The translations under genes were made by a program, and so were the position numbers. Positions 12,401-23,299 of a DNA stretch of 64,000 nucleotides are shown here, piece after piece. The stretch is from the NCBI GenBank assembly GCA_030704615.1, contig CM060731.1:89900001-89964000 (forward strand). The letters run 5' to 3'. The first letter of the stretch is position 1. Each line of letters starts with the position of its first letter. The notes below the pieces were generated by a model, which was given only the letters and a program-made list of their open reading frames with translations, ran no database searches and was not told the DNA's origin. The DNA is from Takakia lepidozioides (Eukaryota > Plantae > Bryophyta).

Positions 12401-12952
12401 AACTGATGATTGAACCTCCGAGACCTGCCCTGTATTGCCGAATTTCACAGGGGAAAAACAAAGACAAGGTGTGCTCAAACAGTGCTCAATTTGGCCGTTT
12501 TGGCTACACTTTTTGAGCTTCTTGTTCGCGGTTGATGCAACCTGCAGAGATGCCGTGTGCAGTCTATGTTCATATCGACATAGAATCTCAACTTGGGTTC
12601 ACATCAGCAAATGAAGCACAAAGATGGGTTCCAAAGATTGAACCTTTTTTTTGGCTGCTCGAGAAGACTCCCCAATCGCTGGGGACCCTTTGCGCTTCGG
12701 ACTGCTCTCCACGCCTCTCGTGTTCTGGAGCATCTCCCCCATCCTCTCTTCCACTATTAGGTTCTTCGTGAGGCCAGCGTCAACATCATCTTCGGCGTCT
12801 GCCTCTCCCTCAGATGCAGTGTCATCCTCATCTGTTCTTGGAACTATGGCAGGCTGCTGGTCTTCCCCGGATTCCTGCTCTTCCATCGCCGAACTTGTCT
12901 CTTTGCCCTCTTCTTCCGCCTTTTCCTCTTCGGCCACTCTTTCCATCCTCAT
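6414..12952 (-). pseudogene. Multi-exon gene: acidic N-terminus, ParB/Sulfiredoxin-like domain and beta-class N4C/N6A DNA methyltransferase-like domain (this copy frameshifted)
   Basis: Exon 10643-10048 has FHVWDGNHRLLAW (ParB GxxRxxA). Exon 7855-7517 has ELIILDIPDG (motif IV position) and LSDAGVLVLI. Exons 7391-7106 and 6989-6800 splice to VLDLSMGTG|ASYHACKASARHLFGIEGD (SAM-binding motifs I-II). GT-AG introns in the MTase region are phase-consistent. Lesions near 9700-9830, 9115 and 8110. Exon 1 (12952-12644) is a prediction. Confidence 0.8.
10738..12484. repeat. Tandem array of ~116-bp units, each with a 36-44-bp palindrome; ABC higher-order repeat (~349 bp)
   Basis: 14 full copies of GCTCAAACAGTGTGCG-N4-CGCACACTGTTTGAGC starting at 10738, 10906, 11021, 11137, 11255, 11370, 11486, 11661, 11779, 11895, 12010, 12126, 12242 and 12357, plus 2 half copies. 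Three recurring ~80-bp spacer types. Confidence 0.97.
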
Positions 12953-13916
12953 TCTATATCTGGCTCTATTCCTGTTTCTAGAGCTCGTGAAGTAGAATGA
13001 TTTCCTTCTCTTCCTCCTCCGCTGGAAACAAGGGCTCCCCACGATGCCTCTAGAGCTCTCCAGTTTGACGTTTGCAACAAGGGTTGATATTGCATGTAAC
13101 CAAAATCAAAATAGGACATTGTCAACCGTATTTGGATGCGGGTGTTGTTATTGTGTGCGAACGGAATTCATCCATTTCGGCGTCTTTGTATTATTCAAGA
13201 AATAAAGTGCCAGAAAATATGTGCATACGTTGCATGTACTTGTGATATATGTCAGATGTACTTCGCCGCCTGCCAATATATGGCGGCCTTCTGGAATGGT
13301 TTCAAATTCGGAAGTGCCGCACAAATCTAATGCTAGTTCAATTTGGAGTAGTTCTTGCAGATTCCCCATAAATGTTGTGCTTCACATATGCATCCACATG
13401 TTTCGTACTGCCTGCCCTGTGCTGTGCATTTTGCCGTCATCGTCGCCATGGGGTCATTCGGTATAAAGGGTTGTGTCGGAAATGATCTTGTGTTGCACAC
13501 ATCCGTGCGAGGTGACTCTTGGAGTGTCAGTGTTTGTGCTGTGCTCTTCTGGCACGGCACGACCTCATTACATTCGGGGTCTTCCTGTTTACTGCTCTCC
13601 AGGGTTTTTGCCGTCTTTCCATAAAGGATGGTTTCATGTCATGTTCAGGGTTTGTTTTTCATCCAAAAACAGCACGGCTTCTTGTGGCCTTCTTTATTTG
13701 AAAACAGTTTTTCTAGTTGGTGTCTCTCAGCGTGGTTATCTCCGAAGTTCAGTGCATGTCATTCTTGCATCCTTCTGATGCATTGACCGCAGCCTTTGGG
13801 TTACTGCTACCCTTGTTGACCTCAATTTTTTTGTGGTGGATCCCCTTTCCAGAATTGCGGGCTATCAAATCGGGGATTCCGTTGTGAATCGAAAGTTTTG
13901 GTCAGCGTAGGAAAAC

Positions 13917-16900
13917 ATGTCCAAGGACAGAGATAGACTAGCACGATTTCATTCCAATGCAGGTAGTCTTCCAATGACTGCCACTGCAGACGACGATGGG
14001 TTTGCAGTTGTTCATGAGGATGAGCTGGTTACAGTGTTCCCACTGGAATTGGGTTCTCTGCTTGTTCAAAAGGAGGTGTACGACGAGGATGGGAATTTGG
14101 ATTCTGGACATTTGGAGAAACCATTGGTTGGCGAGTGTGGAAGGAAGTGGAGAGTCCTTCCAGGCACATACCGTGTCCTTGGAAAAGAGAGAAGACAATC
14201 AGCAGGATCAGTCATTACCCCTGGAACTGCAGCATCGGTCGTGCAGCAGAAGGGCACAGTTCATGTGAAAAAAGAGGTGAGCACATCCACTACATTCGTG
14301 ACTCTTTCAGACTCGTCCTCGGAGGATGTTTCTGAGATTCCTCCGCCAGTGCAGACTCCATTCTTGGATGAATCCGAATCGCAAGAGATAACAAGTGTCA
14401 TTCCAAAATTGAAAGCCCTCGCAGGGGTGCCTGGGTGCAAGAGCGAGCTGCGTTTTGTTGATTGGGAGTCCCTTCGTGTGCAGCGGGTTCAATATGTGCC
14501 AGTAGAGTTTGATGGGGACATCTTGTTTGAGCTCAACCCTCCCACGTCTTCCAATGGACTGGCTGGGCTTCTGCAGGGCATGGACAAGAAACATGACGGA
14601 CACCCTTGGTGTAGGACAAAAACGTCAAACATCCACAACGACATTGGATTGAAATTTCGAAGGTCGGTTTGCGTTGGGCATTGCAAGTGCCTGAATATAA
14701 CTTGCCCTCGCCTGAGAAACAACGCTCAACCAAACGAGAGTGAGTGGGAAGGTGTGCCATTGAATCCTTTCACCCCACGACTTGCCCCTCCCAAGACCAA
14801 TACTTTTGTGTGCAGGTTCTGCAAACTTTCCCCGTCTTGTGTTTCTGTGTGCCACGCTCGTATGTACCAGGTGGCACACCGGTGCAAAACAATGACTCGT
14901 GCCTGCATTCATATGGGTGCACACGAGCATCCTGTGTCCAAAGGAAGTTGCAGGGATAGCGTGGACATCGCTAGAAATCTGCTGAAGCAGGAGTTCCACA
15001 ATGCCCCTTCTGCAACACCTTCTGCTATAGCGCTTGCAGCTAGCAAGACTTTCCTGGAAAAACACATATTGGGTGAAGGGGATTCGACACAGCCAATGCT
15101 GGATGCAGATTCGCTTGATGCAGTGATGGACCATTTCTCCGTGTTGAGCTCTCCCAATATTCGAAACCAGGTGAATGCACTCAGAGTCGGCACAGGCAAT
15201 GCTGGGTTCATGGACAACATTATGGACCTCAAACGGAGAAGTCGCTATGAATTCATTCAAAACAGTATCTTCCCTGGCCAGGGCTCATCCAAGGTTTATT
15301 TGTTCAAGATGTCCGCAGTGGGCGAAGGCAGTGGTGTTAGCATTGTCCGCCGAATGCAACCTGGAGGAGATTTGGCTAAATGTTGGTTGATGTTTGATCA
15401 CTGCAAACGGGTCAAGGGTTGGACAACCATGGCGTGCCATGTGTATGATCCAGCGTACCAACGTGTGCTCTCAATAGCAATTTGTGATATGCAGTCGGAG
15501 GACACTGAATCCCAGATGCTCATGTGGAATTCGCTCCTGGCCGTCATGCAGCGCAACGGAATACAGAAGACAAATTTTGCGGGCTTCATGGCTGATAGTG
15601 CACAGGCAAATTTCAATGCAGTGCGGCGCGTGTTTGGTTCGGGGGATCCTAAGGTCCCAATGGAAAATAGGGAGCGCACATGCCTCTTCCATTGGAGTCA
15701 ATCTCTGGCACGTCATACAAAGCGGTGCATTCGCCCTGACCTTCAGTTGGAGCACAGAAGGCTCTGTCTCAAGTACAAAAATGCCAACTCAATGGGAGAA
15801 GCTGAGAGCACTTACCAAGCAATCCGGGCTTGGTGGTTCTCCTCTGGTGCTGCTACTGGTATCCACCTGAAGGAGTTGGAGGACTGGTTGGTTTTCTGGC
15901 ACTTCAGATACAGACAGTGGGGAGCTTTCATGACGACGGTAAGCCTCTCGAATCCCAAAATCAGAAATTTTGCAACATGCCTCTTTATTTGGGGTTCTTG
16001 GATTGTCGCTTGAAGAACCTCTTCCATTTCCTTTCGTTCCTCACATTTCCATGCAATGCCTCGTGCAGGAAATGTCCTTGGAGGACTTGGCCGACATGCC
16101 ATCCTGTAATTTGGCGGAGACTGTTCATAACGCCTGGATGCAGCAATCTACCAAAGCAGGTCGTGACTTGTATGTGGCCACTGCTGATGACATGGTGCTG
16201 GCACTCACACAACAAACCAGGTACCGCAATTTTCTGATGGGACGGGGTGGAGACTTTGTTGATGCTAAGGGCTGCGAGTAGGTCTGGAGACCCATACAAG
16301 ATGGCCAAAGCTCTGAACAAGTGCACTGAAGGCTCCCCATTGCAATCCAGGCTCCCTCATTTGGAAGGCGAGGAAAGATTTGGATCATGCAAAAGGAAAT
16401 TGAACACTCTTCCAGGTTCAGATGGAGATTCCCATCGCCCAGACAGGGTCAATTTCTTTGTGCCAAAGGTGTCTCCAGTGCAGACTAAGTCCTGTGCCGG
16501 CCCCTTCCCAGGTGGGTCCTCCTCCTGTGGAGCAGGTGCAGAACATGCAAGCACAGCAGCAGGAATCCCATTGGAGGAGGTGGTGGCCATGGTGCAGGAA
16601 TCTGATTGCATTGATAGTGAGTGGCATATAGAACGCACCCCACCAGGATCTAGAGTTGCTTGCATGGCAATTCGGACCCCCTCTTTCAAGAAATGCAAAT
16701 CAAAAATATGCAAAGGCTCCAGGGGGACTCCAGCTCCAACATTCACAGGGTTGTTCCGACCTTATCATAGTGGGGAGTCAAATGACCACAAGTTCTGGTT
16801 GTGCCCAGACGATATGGCACGATGCGTCAAGGGAACAGTTCGTCCTTCGGTGATAATGAAACCCCCTCCCCCGCAATTTGGCCTGTGAAACTTGGGACGT

Positions 16901-17463
16901 CGCTGTCAACAACCGAGATAAGCATGCTGGAGGAGGGAGGGTTTTGTCTTGCACGATCCCGAGTGGTGCCCTTGTGCACTGTCAGCACAGATGTGCCACA
17001 AGCTCCGGCAATGCCTCCACCCGGTGCCGACTCCCACCCAACAAAAAGAGATGGAAAAACAGTGCGCCGTGTCGCTTCGGGTGCAGATCACGAATGCAAG
17101 ATGGAATCGGCTAGAATTTTGCAGGCTCGGGTGGCTCGTATCACCGAAGTCCCTGCCCCGGGGTATGGACGGATTTACACAGTGCTGTCTATTGGCTCAG
17201 TTCTTCATGGCAAAGAATATCAGGTTACCGTGGGGAATTTCCCTACTTGCACTTGTCCGGATTTTGTAACGATGCATGAGGGCGCTCTCGGCATGAGAGG
17301 GAAGTGGGTCCCCTGCAAGCATCAATATTACATATACCTTGTAATTATGTGTTGCGACGGTAAGAGAGACCAATTCATTCACCAAGCCACACTAGGCTAC
17401 GGAGAAGTCATCACCCTTCTGCAGCGGGACACCTCACGTAGGGCTCAGCCAAATTCTCTTTGA
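13917..17463 (+). pseudogene. MULE (MuDR-like) DDE transposase with N-terminal GCM/WRKY-like Zn finger and C-terminal SWIM finger; one intron, two frameshifts
   Basis: WLMFDH (D1), FMADSAQANFNAVRRVF (D2), CLFHW (CxxH), SCNLAETVHN (E, after intron ~15939-16068) and CTCPDF...CKH (SWIM). Frame changes near 16250 and 16865. Confidence 0.88.
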
Positions 17464-17882
17464 ACACATACGAGCCATGCCCACTTCCCATACTGGTTTC
17501 AAGGTTACCGTGTGAAGACTTTGCATTTAGGACAAACACATACATTTCGTTCCCGGAACCAGGGCAAATGCACATGCCATTCATTGTAAGCGTCTATCTG
17601 TGAATTGAAATAGAGTGTGTCAATCATTCTGAGCTCTATTCTGCCATATTTTCATATTGCTCTTTTTGTGCAGGCATTGTAGACATGGTGCATGGTGGCC
17701 CCCTTTGTTTTGTCCACGGTAATAGGCCCTCTTCTTGCTATCCTCGCCTATAGGACCTGCTTCTCCAGCAAATTTGTGCCGCTCACGCTTCCTTGAAGCG
17801 TGAGCTTAGCTCACGCTTTGCACCCTAAACGTGAGCTCAGCTCCCAGGCTCACGGGGCTGGGCTCACGCCGTAGCTACGCTG

Positions 17883-19080
17883 TTCTGACCCTAGTCAATA
17901 GTGGGACAATGGAGACAAAAAGATGAATGCCTGTTGGACTACAGAGAGAAGCAAATGCAATTTAGAATTGGAACTACTGGGTTGGGGTGTTTGTTGGAAG
18001 AACTTCACCCCGTCGGTGTCAGCTGCTAACAGCAAGGCTGAGGATGTATTCATGATTTGTACAGAGGCAGGGATAGCTGAAGGACCAGGGATAGAGGTCC
18101 AGATTCATCCAAGTCTAGGGCCGGGGATCAAACGCAAGATTACTTCTGATTCCCTGTGGATCAATAGCTACAAGAAATCTACGTGGGTAGATGGTCAACT
18201 GGAAACAACAACGGCAGCAGTGCAATCGATAGAACAAGGCACTGCTAATGAAGGCACCTTCTTCAACACATTTCAGCCTGTTTTTCCCTGTTATCAGAGT
18301 CGTCCCTAAATCTTCATGTTGAATTCTGCAAGTTAGTTCGTTGGTGGATCTATGGTGGTTTTGGAGTGATTTTGACATGTTACTGCCAATGTGGCAACAA
18401 GAAAGTATTGAAAAACAGATAATAGAGACAAGGAGAAGCTCTGGAATGAACGCATTTCCGACCCCAGTCAATGGTGGAACAATCGAGGCAGAAAGGTGAA
18501 TGCCTGTGGAAGCACACGCAAGTCAGCATAGGAACTAGTGCGATAAGTAGGGTTGGGGTGTTTGCTGGAACAATTCTAGGCTGTCATTGTCAGCTGCTAG
18601 CAGCAAGACAAGGATGTATGCATGATTTGTGCAGAGGCATGGGAGAGGCATGGATAGCTAAAGGAGAAGGGATAGAGTGTGGGTCCAAATTCATCCAAGA
18701 GGCCCGAATTTTGAGCTCCAGATTACCTATGATTCCCTGTGGAAGGATAGCTACAAGAAACCTGCATGGGTAGATGGTCAACTGGAAGCCGCAGCAGCAG
18801 CGGCACAATTGATAAAATCAGGCAGTCGGGCACCTTCTTCAATTCATTTTACCCTATTTTTCCGTCTTATCATAATCGGCCCTAAATTTCCATGTTGAAT
18901 TCTGCAAGTTAGCTGGTTGAGTGAATCTAGTTTGGAGTGACTTTGACATGATACTGTCAATGTTACAACATGAAAGTATCCAAAAACAGGTAACAGAGAT
19001 GAGGAGAAGTTGTGGAATGAGTACTTTTCTGACCCCAGTCAATGGTGGGACAACCGAGGCAAAAAGGTGAATGCTTGTCA
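17883..19080 (+). pseudogene. Tandem ~580-bp duplications encoding degenerate OSB-type PDF ssDNA-binding motifs (first unit begins ~5560 and is split by the MULE)
   Basis: KLWNE..SDPSQWWDNRGKK|intron|IHPRGP..K.KITSDSLWINSYKK..WVDGQLE resembles the OSB PDF motif (LW..FF.NP..WWDNR..K.NP..PDFKHK.T..ALW); about three copies. Confidence 0.65.
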
Positions 19081-19745
19081 AATTACCAGATGTCATTCTG
19101 AACACTGCCCTAGTGGACATGTATGCCAAATGTGGATGCATCGAGGATGCAAAGGGAGTGTTCAACACTATGGCTGAACGAGAAGTGGTGTCGTGGAGTG
19201 CGATGCTTGTAGGGTATGCACAACAAGGGCACGGGATGGAGTGCAAATGATGAGGGAAGGGGTGAAGCCCGACCACATAACGTTTTGTGCGTCTGCAATG
19301 CGTGTGCAAGCCTGGCAGCCCTGGAAAAGGGCAAAGAGGTCCATGATTGCATCGTCAAATCTGGAATTTTACCAGATGTGATTCTAAACAATACCCTTGT
19401 GGACATGTATGCCAAATGTGGGAGCATTGAGGATGCGGAGGCTAGGGGAGTGTTCAACAATATGGCTGAACGAGATTTGGTGTCATGGAACGCCATGCTT
19501 GCAGGATATAAAAAGCAGGGGCGCGGGATGGAGGCCTTGGAGACCTATGAGCAAATGATGGGGGAAGGGGTGAAGCGCAACCATATCACGTTTGTGTGCG
19601 TTTGCAATGCTTGTGCAAGCCTGGCAGCCCTGGAAAAAGGCAAAGAGGTGCACGGTGACATGATCAAAGCTGGAATTGTACCAAATGTCATTCTGGACAC
19701 TGCCCTGGTGGACATGTATGCCAAGATCCAGACCTTGAAGTGGAG
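19081..19745 (+). pseudogene. PLS-class PPR gene fragment (frameshifted, truncated)
   Basis: Repeats NTALVDMYAKCG.IEDA.GVF..MAERD.VSWNAML and ITFVCVCNACASLAALEKGKEVH. Confidence 0.88.
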
Positions 19746-20024
19746 CCAAATGTCTTAACAATCAGTCTACTCAGCTCTAATCTTTGCACAGGCACACCGA
19801 TGTACTGCCCTAGGAACTTGATATAATCTGTCCTTCAATCATTCCCAATTCCTATAATTCAATAGCAGATTCTTTGTCTCAGCCATCTGACTCACAAGCA
19901 TCAGCCAGCTTTGCTTAGCCATGGGTGGGTCAGAGGTTGGGTTAAACCATCCACCTTGGGTAAAACTCTCTTAATTCCAAGGGACCCCAGGCACATGCGA
20001 ATCTGGCAAGGTGACATAATGAGG

Positions 20025-21205
20025 TCAATCCAATCGGACATTAGGGGTGCTGGACAACCACTCACAGTTACTCTTGAGAGCTCGATGAGCAGCTGTGTAC
20101 TCAGGCTCTGGTGCTGACTCAAATGTGCCGTCTTGCTCCCCTTCTTCCTCCTCAGAGTGTTGCCATCCACGGTAAGAATGTGAATGTGGCATATTTATTG
20201 AATTCTCTTCCTGTTGTCCGCCATAAGCTGTTGCACCTGATTTTCCTTTCAGAGCACCGAGTGCCGCCTTGACGTGCGAAGGCCCTCCCTTCGAATTCCA
20301 TGTGTCATTGTCGCCGCGTGGCCTATCCCACTTCTTTTCCGGTCGGAAGGAGTCACCCTCCCGCCAGACCTTCTTGTGGTTCAGCTCCGCACGACCCTGT
20401 CTTTCGCCCCTAGGGACATCCGAGAAACATTTAGCCCTTTCAATTGCCTCGTTCAAAATCTTCGGTGGCCTCTCCTCCAACTTCCGCCTAGCCCATGGGG
20501 CCAGTCCCCGCACAAAGTTGAAGACCATTTCTGGTTCCGCCATATCCGTGACTTTGAGCAACAGCACATTGAAAGCCTGAACATATCCCCGAATGTCATC
20601 CGTTTGCTTCATGTTCCTCATCTTCTCCCGGACGAGCCAAGACGCGTTGATGGGCACAAACTGTCTTTTCATAAGTTCCTTGAACCCACTCCAACTCAAG
20701 GTTTCTGGGTTTGGCCCTTGGTCATGAAGGCGCTTCTGCCACCATTGTTGAGCATAACCCCTCAAATAGGTGGGAGTCACTTCCACCCGATCCTCGTCAC
20801 TCAACTCGGCCGCCCGGAAGTACTGCTCCAGCTCCAAGAGCTAGGTGTTGAGTGCCTTCCGATTTCGGACGCCCTCGAAGGTGCCTTAGGCTTCACCTTA
20901 AACTCCGCCTTAGTGGAAGTGGCATTAGCTGCCTTCATCACGTCTTTCAACGTCCCGCCAAACTGCGCCAACAACCCTTTCCAAAAGACTGCTGGCATAG
21001 GAGACATCTGTTGGTCTGGCGGAGCCTTTGGGAAGTCCTCGGGCTCCGACTCCCCAAATTCCTCCCGTTCTTGAGCGGCCTCGCTTTCAGAAGCATAAAT
21101 CGCCTCTTCCATTTGCCGCTTCGGTGACATGTCGCCCCCACCGGGCTCACCAAGATCATCGTTTTTCGGGCCATTCCGCTTTCGCTTTGTCTTGCCCGAC
21201 CCCAT
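20025..21205 (-). mobile_element. Ty3/gypsy gag fragment (frameshift ~20840)
   Basis: LEQYFRAA...YLRGYAQQWW...SWSGFKELMKRQF...MKQTDDIRGYVQAF...FVRGL (Retrotrans_gag). The N-terminus MGSGK.KRKRNGPK is shared with the gag at 63652. Confidence 0.85.
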
Positions 21206-21367
21206 GGTGATGACAAGGTTTGTTATGGTTGTGACAGGGACAGCGAGCGGGCGGAACATGGACATGGTTTGTGATCAAAAGTATTCCATATGTTTAGATT
21301 ACTTAAATATTAATAGCGTGAGTGGTTTAAATATCTTGATCAGTGATGTCTTGTACTATACTTGTGA

Positions 21368-22094
21368 TGTCGCGCACCTCACTTCGGTAAGCTCCCCTTC
21401 AAGTCATAGTTACTCGTTTTGATGCGCGCGCCTAACTCCCAACCTGGCTGCTGGGCCAACTTGGAGCTTCGGCTGCTCACCGGGACATAACGGTCCCCTT
21501 TTACTCTTCCAAAAGACCCTCCACCAATTTGGGCCTAGTGGAAATTCCCTTTGGTAGATGGCAGTCCGGAATAGCTCCCCACTCCTTGCTCGCTTTCCAG
21601 CTCGCTCGCTTACTCACTAGTTTTTGGTCACCAACGGGCTTGCACTGTTCTCGGGGTTACTACTCCCCCTATATATACTTCTGTGACTGTCCGCGGGGGT
21701 TTCACAAACAACCCTGTCATTTTATGGCGAACCACCACGAAGACCCTCGACTCCCGGTGATGAGTCGCGGTGAGTCTCGGCCCACCCACCACGGCCCCAT
21801 TGGACCGTGATGAGTCCCAAGACTCCCCACGACTCCCACCACAAGGTCTCCGCCCCATGGTGAGTCCTATGCCACCCCCACTAAGTCCCACTAAGCTACC
21901 ACCACCCCTTGTGGAGCCACCCCCACCGCAACCCGGTGTGCGGGGCTCCACCTAGTGAGCGCCTCCGCCTCCTTGAGTGCCTTGGGCAATCAAGGTTGCT
22001 TCAGCCCCCCATACCTATTGCTGCCACCGCCCCCACCACAGGGGCAGCCCCTCTGCGTCCCGACCCCCTGCCCTCAAGGCAAAGGGCCGCGACA
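21368..22094 (-). mobile_element. Solo LTR (727 bp)
   Basis: Ends TGTCGCG...CGCGACA; 5-bp TSD TGTGA at 21363-21367 and 22095-22099. 21368-~21750 is the reverse complement of the LTR end at ~63214-63596 that precedes a PBS. Confidence 0.9.
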
Positions 22095-22160
22095 TGTGAG
22101 GTCCATGTCCATACTAGTAGTGGTTTGAATACAAGACCTTATCACTGTGACAGTCATTAA

Positions 22161-23189
22161 CCCCTAAACGACGACGCCATCCGAATGGGGTCGCGTCGTT
22201 TTTGGCATTCAATGCAGTTTCGCCGGATGTGGTCGGATGAATGTCGTCCCCGCATGAAAAGTGGGCGCCTTGAAGAGACGCACACGCTCGAATTTAGAGC
22301 GTCAAAAACGGGGAAGATCCAACCTGTTAGGTTTTTCGGAGTGGACACATGTCCCATTTTGGGCTGGATGAGGCCTGCCAAGCTTGCTTGGACTTGCCTA
22401 CGTGGCAGGTGGCAGTGCCCACTTGATAGGCATTTGGGGGCAAGGTTTGCTGGCAGGTCTGCATGTGCGCCCATGCGGACAGCCCAGCCACCCGCCACGA
22501 GCAGCACAGGGTGACTCATGATACGATGGTTTTTCCTGTTGCTAGTCCATGGGGCCCGCTCCATGTTTGGGTGAAGAGTGAGGTGGCCCGCTCGCTGGAA
22601 GTGTTGCTAATTCCAACAACAGAATGCCTGAGTTCGAATGTGACTGAAAAATTGCTGTTTCCAAAATCTGGACCTGCTGCATTCATGGAATGCTTTGAAA
22701 TTTTGCAAGTCAGTGATGAATCCCACATGGCACAGAATGACCATTGAGAATTTCAGTTTTGTGGAAAATTTCAGCCCCGATGGCCTGTTTTCTGTGACAG
22801 TGTAGTTGGAGGTCATTTTTACCCCCCTAATGTCACATACTTAGCAATTTGGATTTTGGTTATTTGGTGAGAAGGTCACCTAGGTGGCAAGGGTGATGTG
22901 ATGAGCATTCACAGGAAAAAAATCTAGAAGGTAGGTTCAAAGCTTGGTCAAACCATTTTTTTATAACCCAATTTTGGATGGACTTGGAAAATGAGGCAAC
23001 TAGTTTTGTTATAATGTCACATATTCAACGGTAGTCCTCAGATTTTGCTAGATTGTGGATGAAGCAGATAGATCTTCATAAGGTTATATCCCTGGATGAT
23101 TCAGGGTAGGTAGATATGACCTCATGAATGAGGCTATATACTCATTCAGGACGGGCCCACCCAAAAGGTGCTCTCGTCGCGCTTAAGGG
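22161..23189. mobile_element. Non-autonomous piggyBac-like element
   Basis: TTAA on both sides (22157-22160, 23190-23193); CCC...GGG ends with degenerate TIRs (CCCCTAAACGACGACG / CCCTTAAGCGCGACGA). Confidence 0.65.
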
Positions 23190-23299
23190 TTAATATCTAG
23201 ACAATGTTGGCTATTTCTCACCCCATGAGCTCACTTTTGTCTTCCCTCGTCAACATGATAGGAGCTCAACATGTAAGATGTTGCTCCAAATGGTTGCAT

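Larger units (their letters stand above)
5708..17882. mobile_element. Mutator-like DNA transposon (MULE), 12.2 kb, degenerate TIRs, two divergent genes
   Basis: Perfect 9-bp TSD TTCTGACCC at 5699-5707 and 17883-17891. The flanks rejoin into the uninterrupted repeat unit seen at about 18440-18500. Both ends have GCTA at positions 8-11, GTGAGCCC at 16-23 and CGTGAGCCTG at 29-38. Encodes a MULE transposase. Confidence 0.92.

Noticed and set aside
10738-12484. CRISPR array (36-bp palindromic repeats with spacers)
   Set aside because: Spacers are ~80 bp, recur in ABC order and are mutually homologous; no cas genes; the context is a eukaryotic intron.
14625-15260. 211-aa minus-strand ORF
   Set aside because: Antisense shadow of the transposase.
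20274-21074. 266-aa plus-strand ORF
   Set aside because: Antisense shadow of gag.
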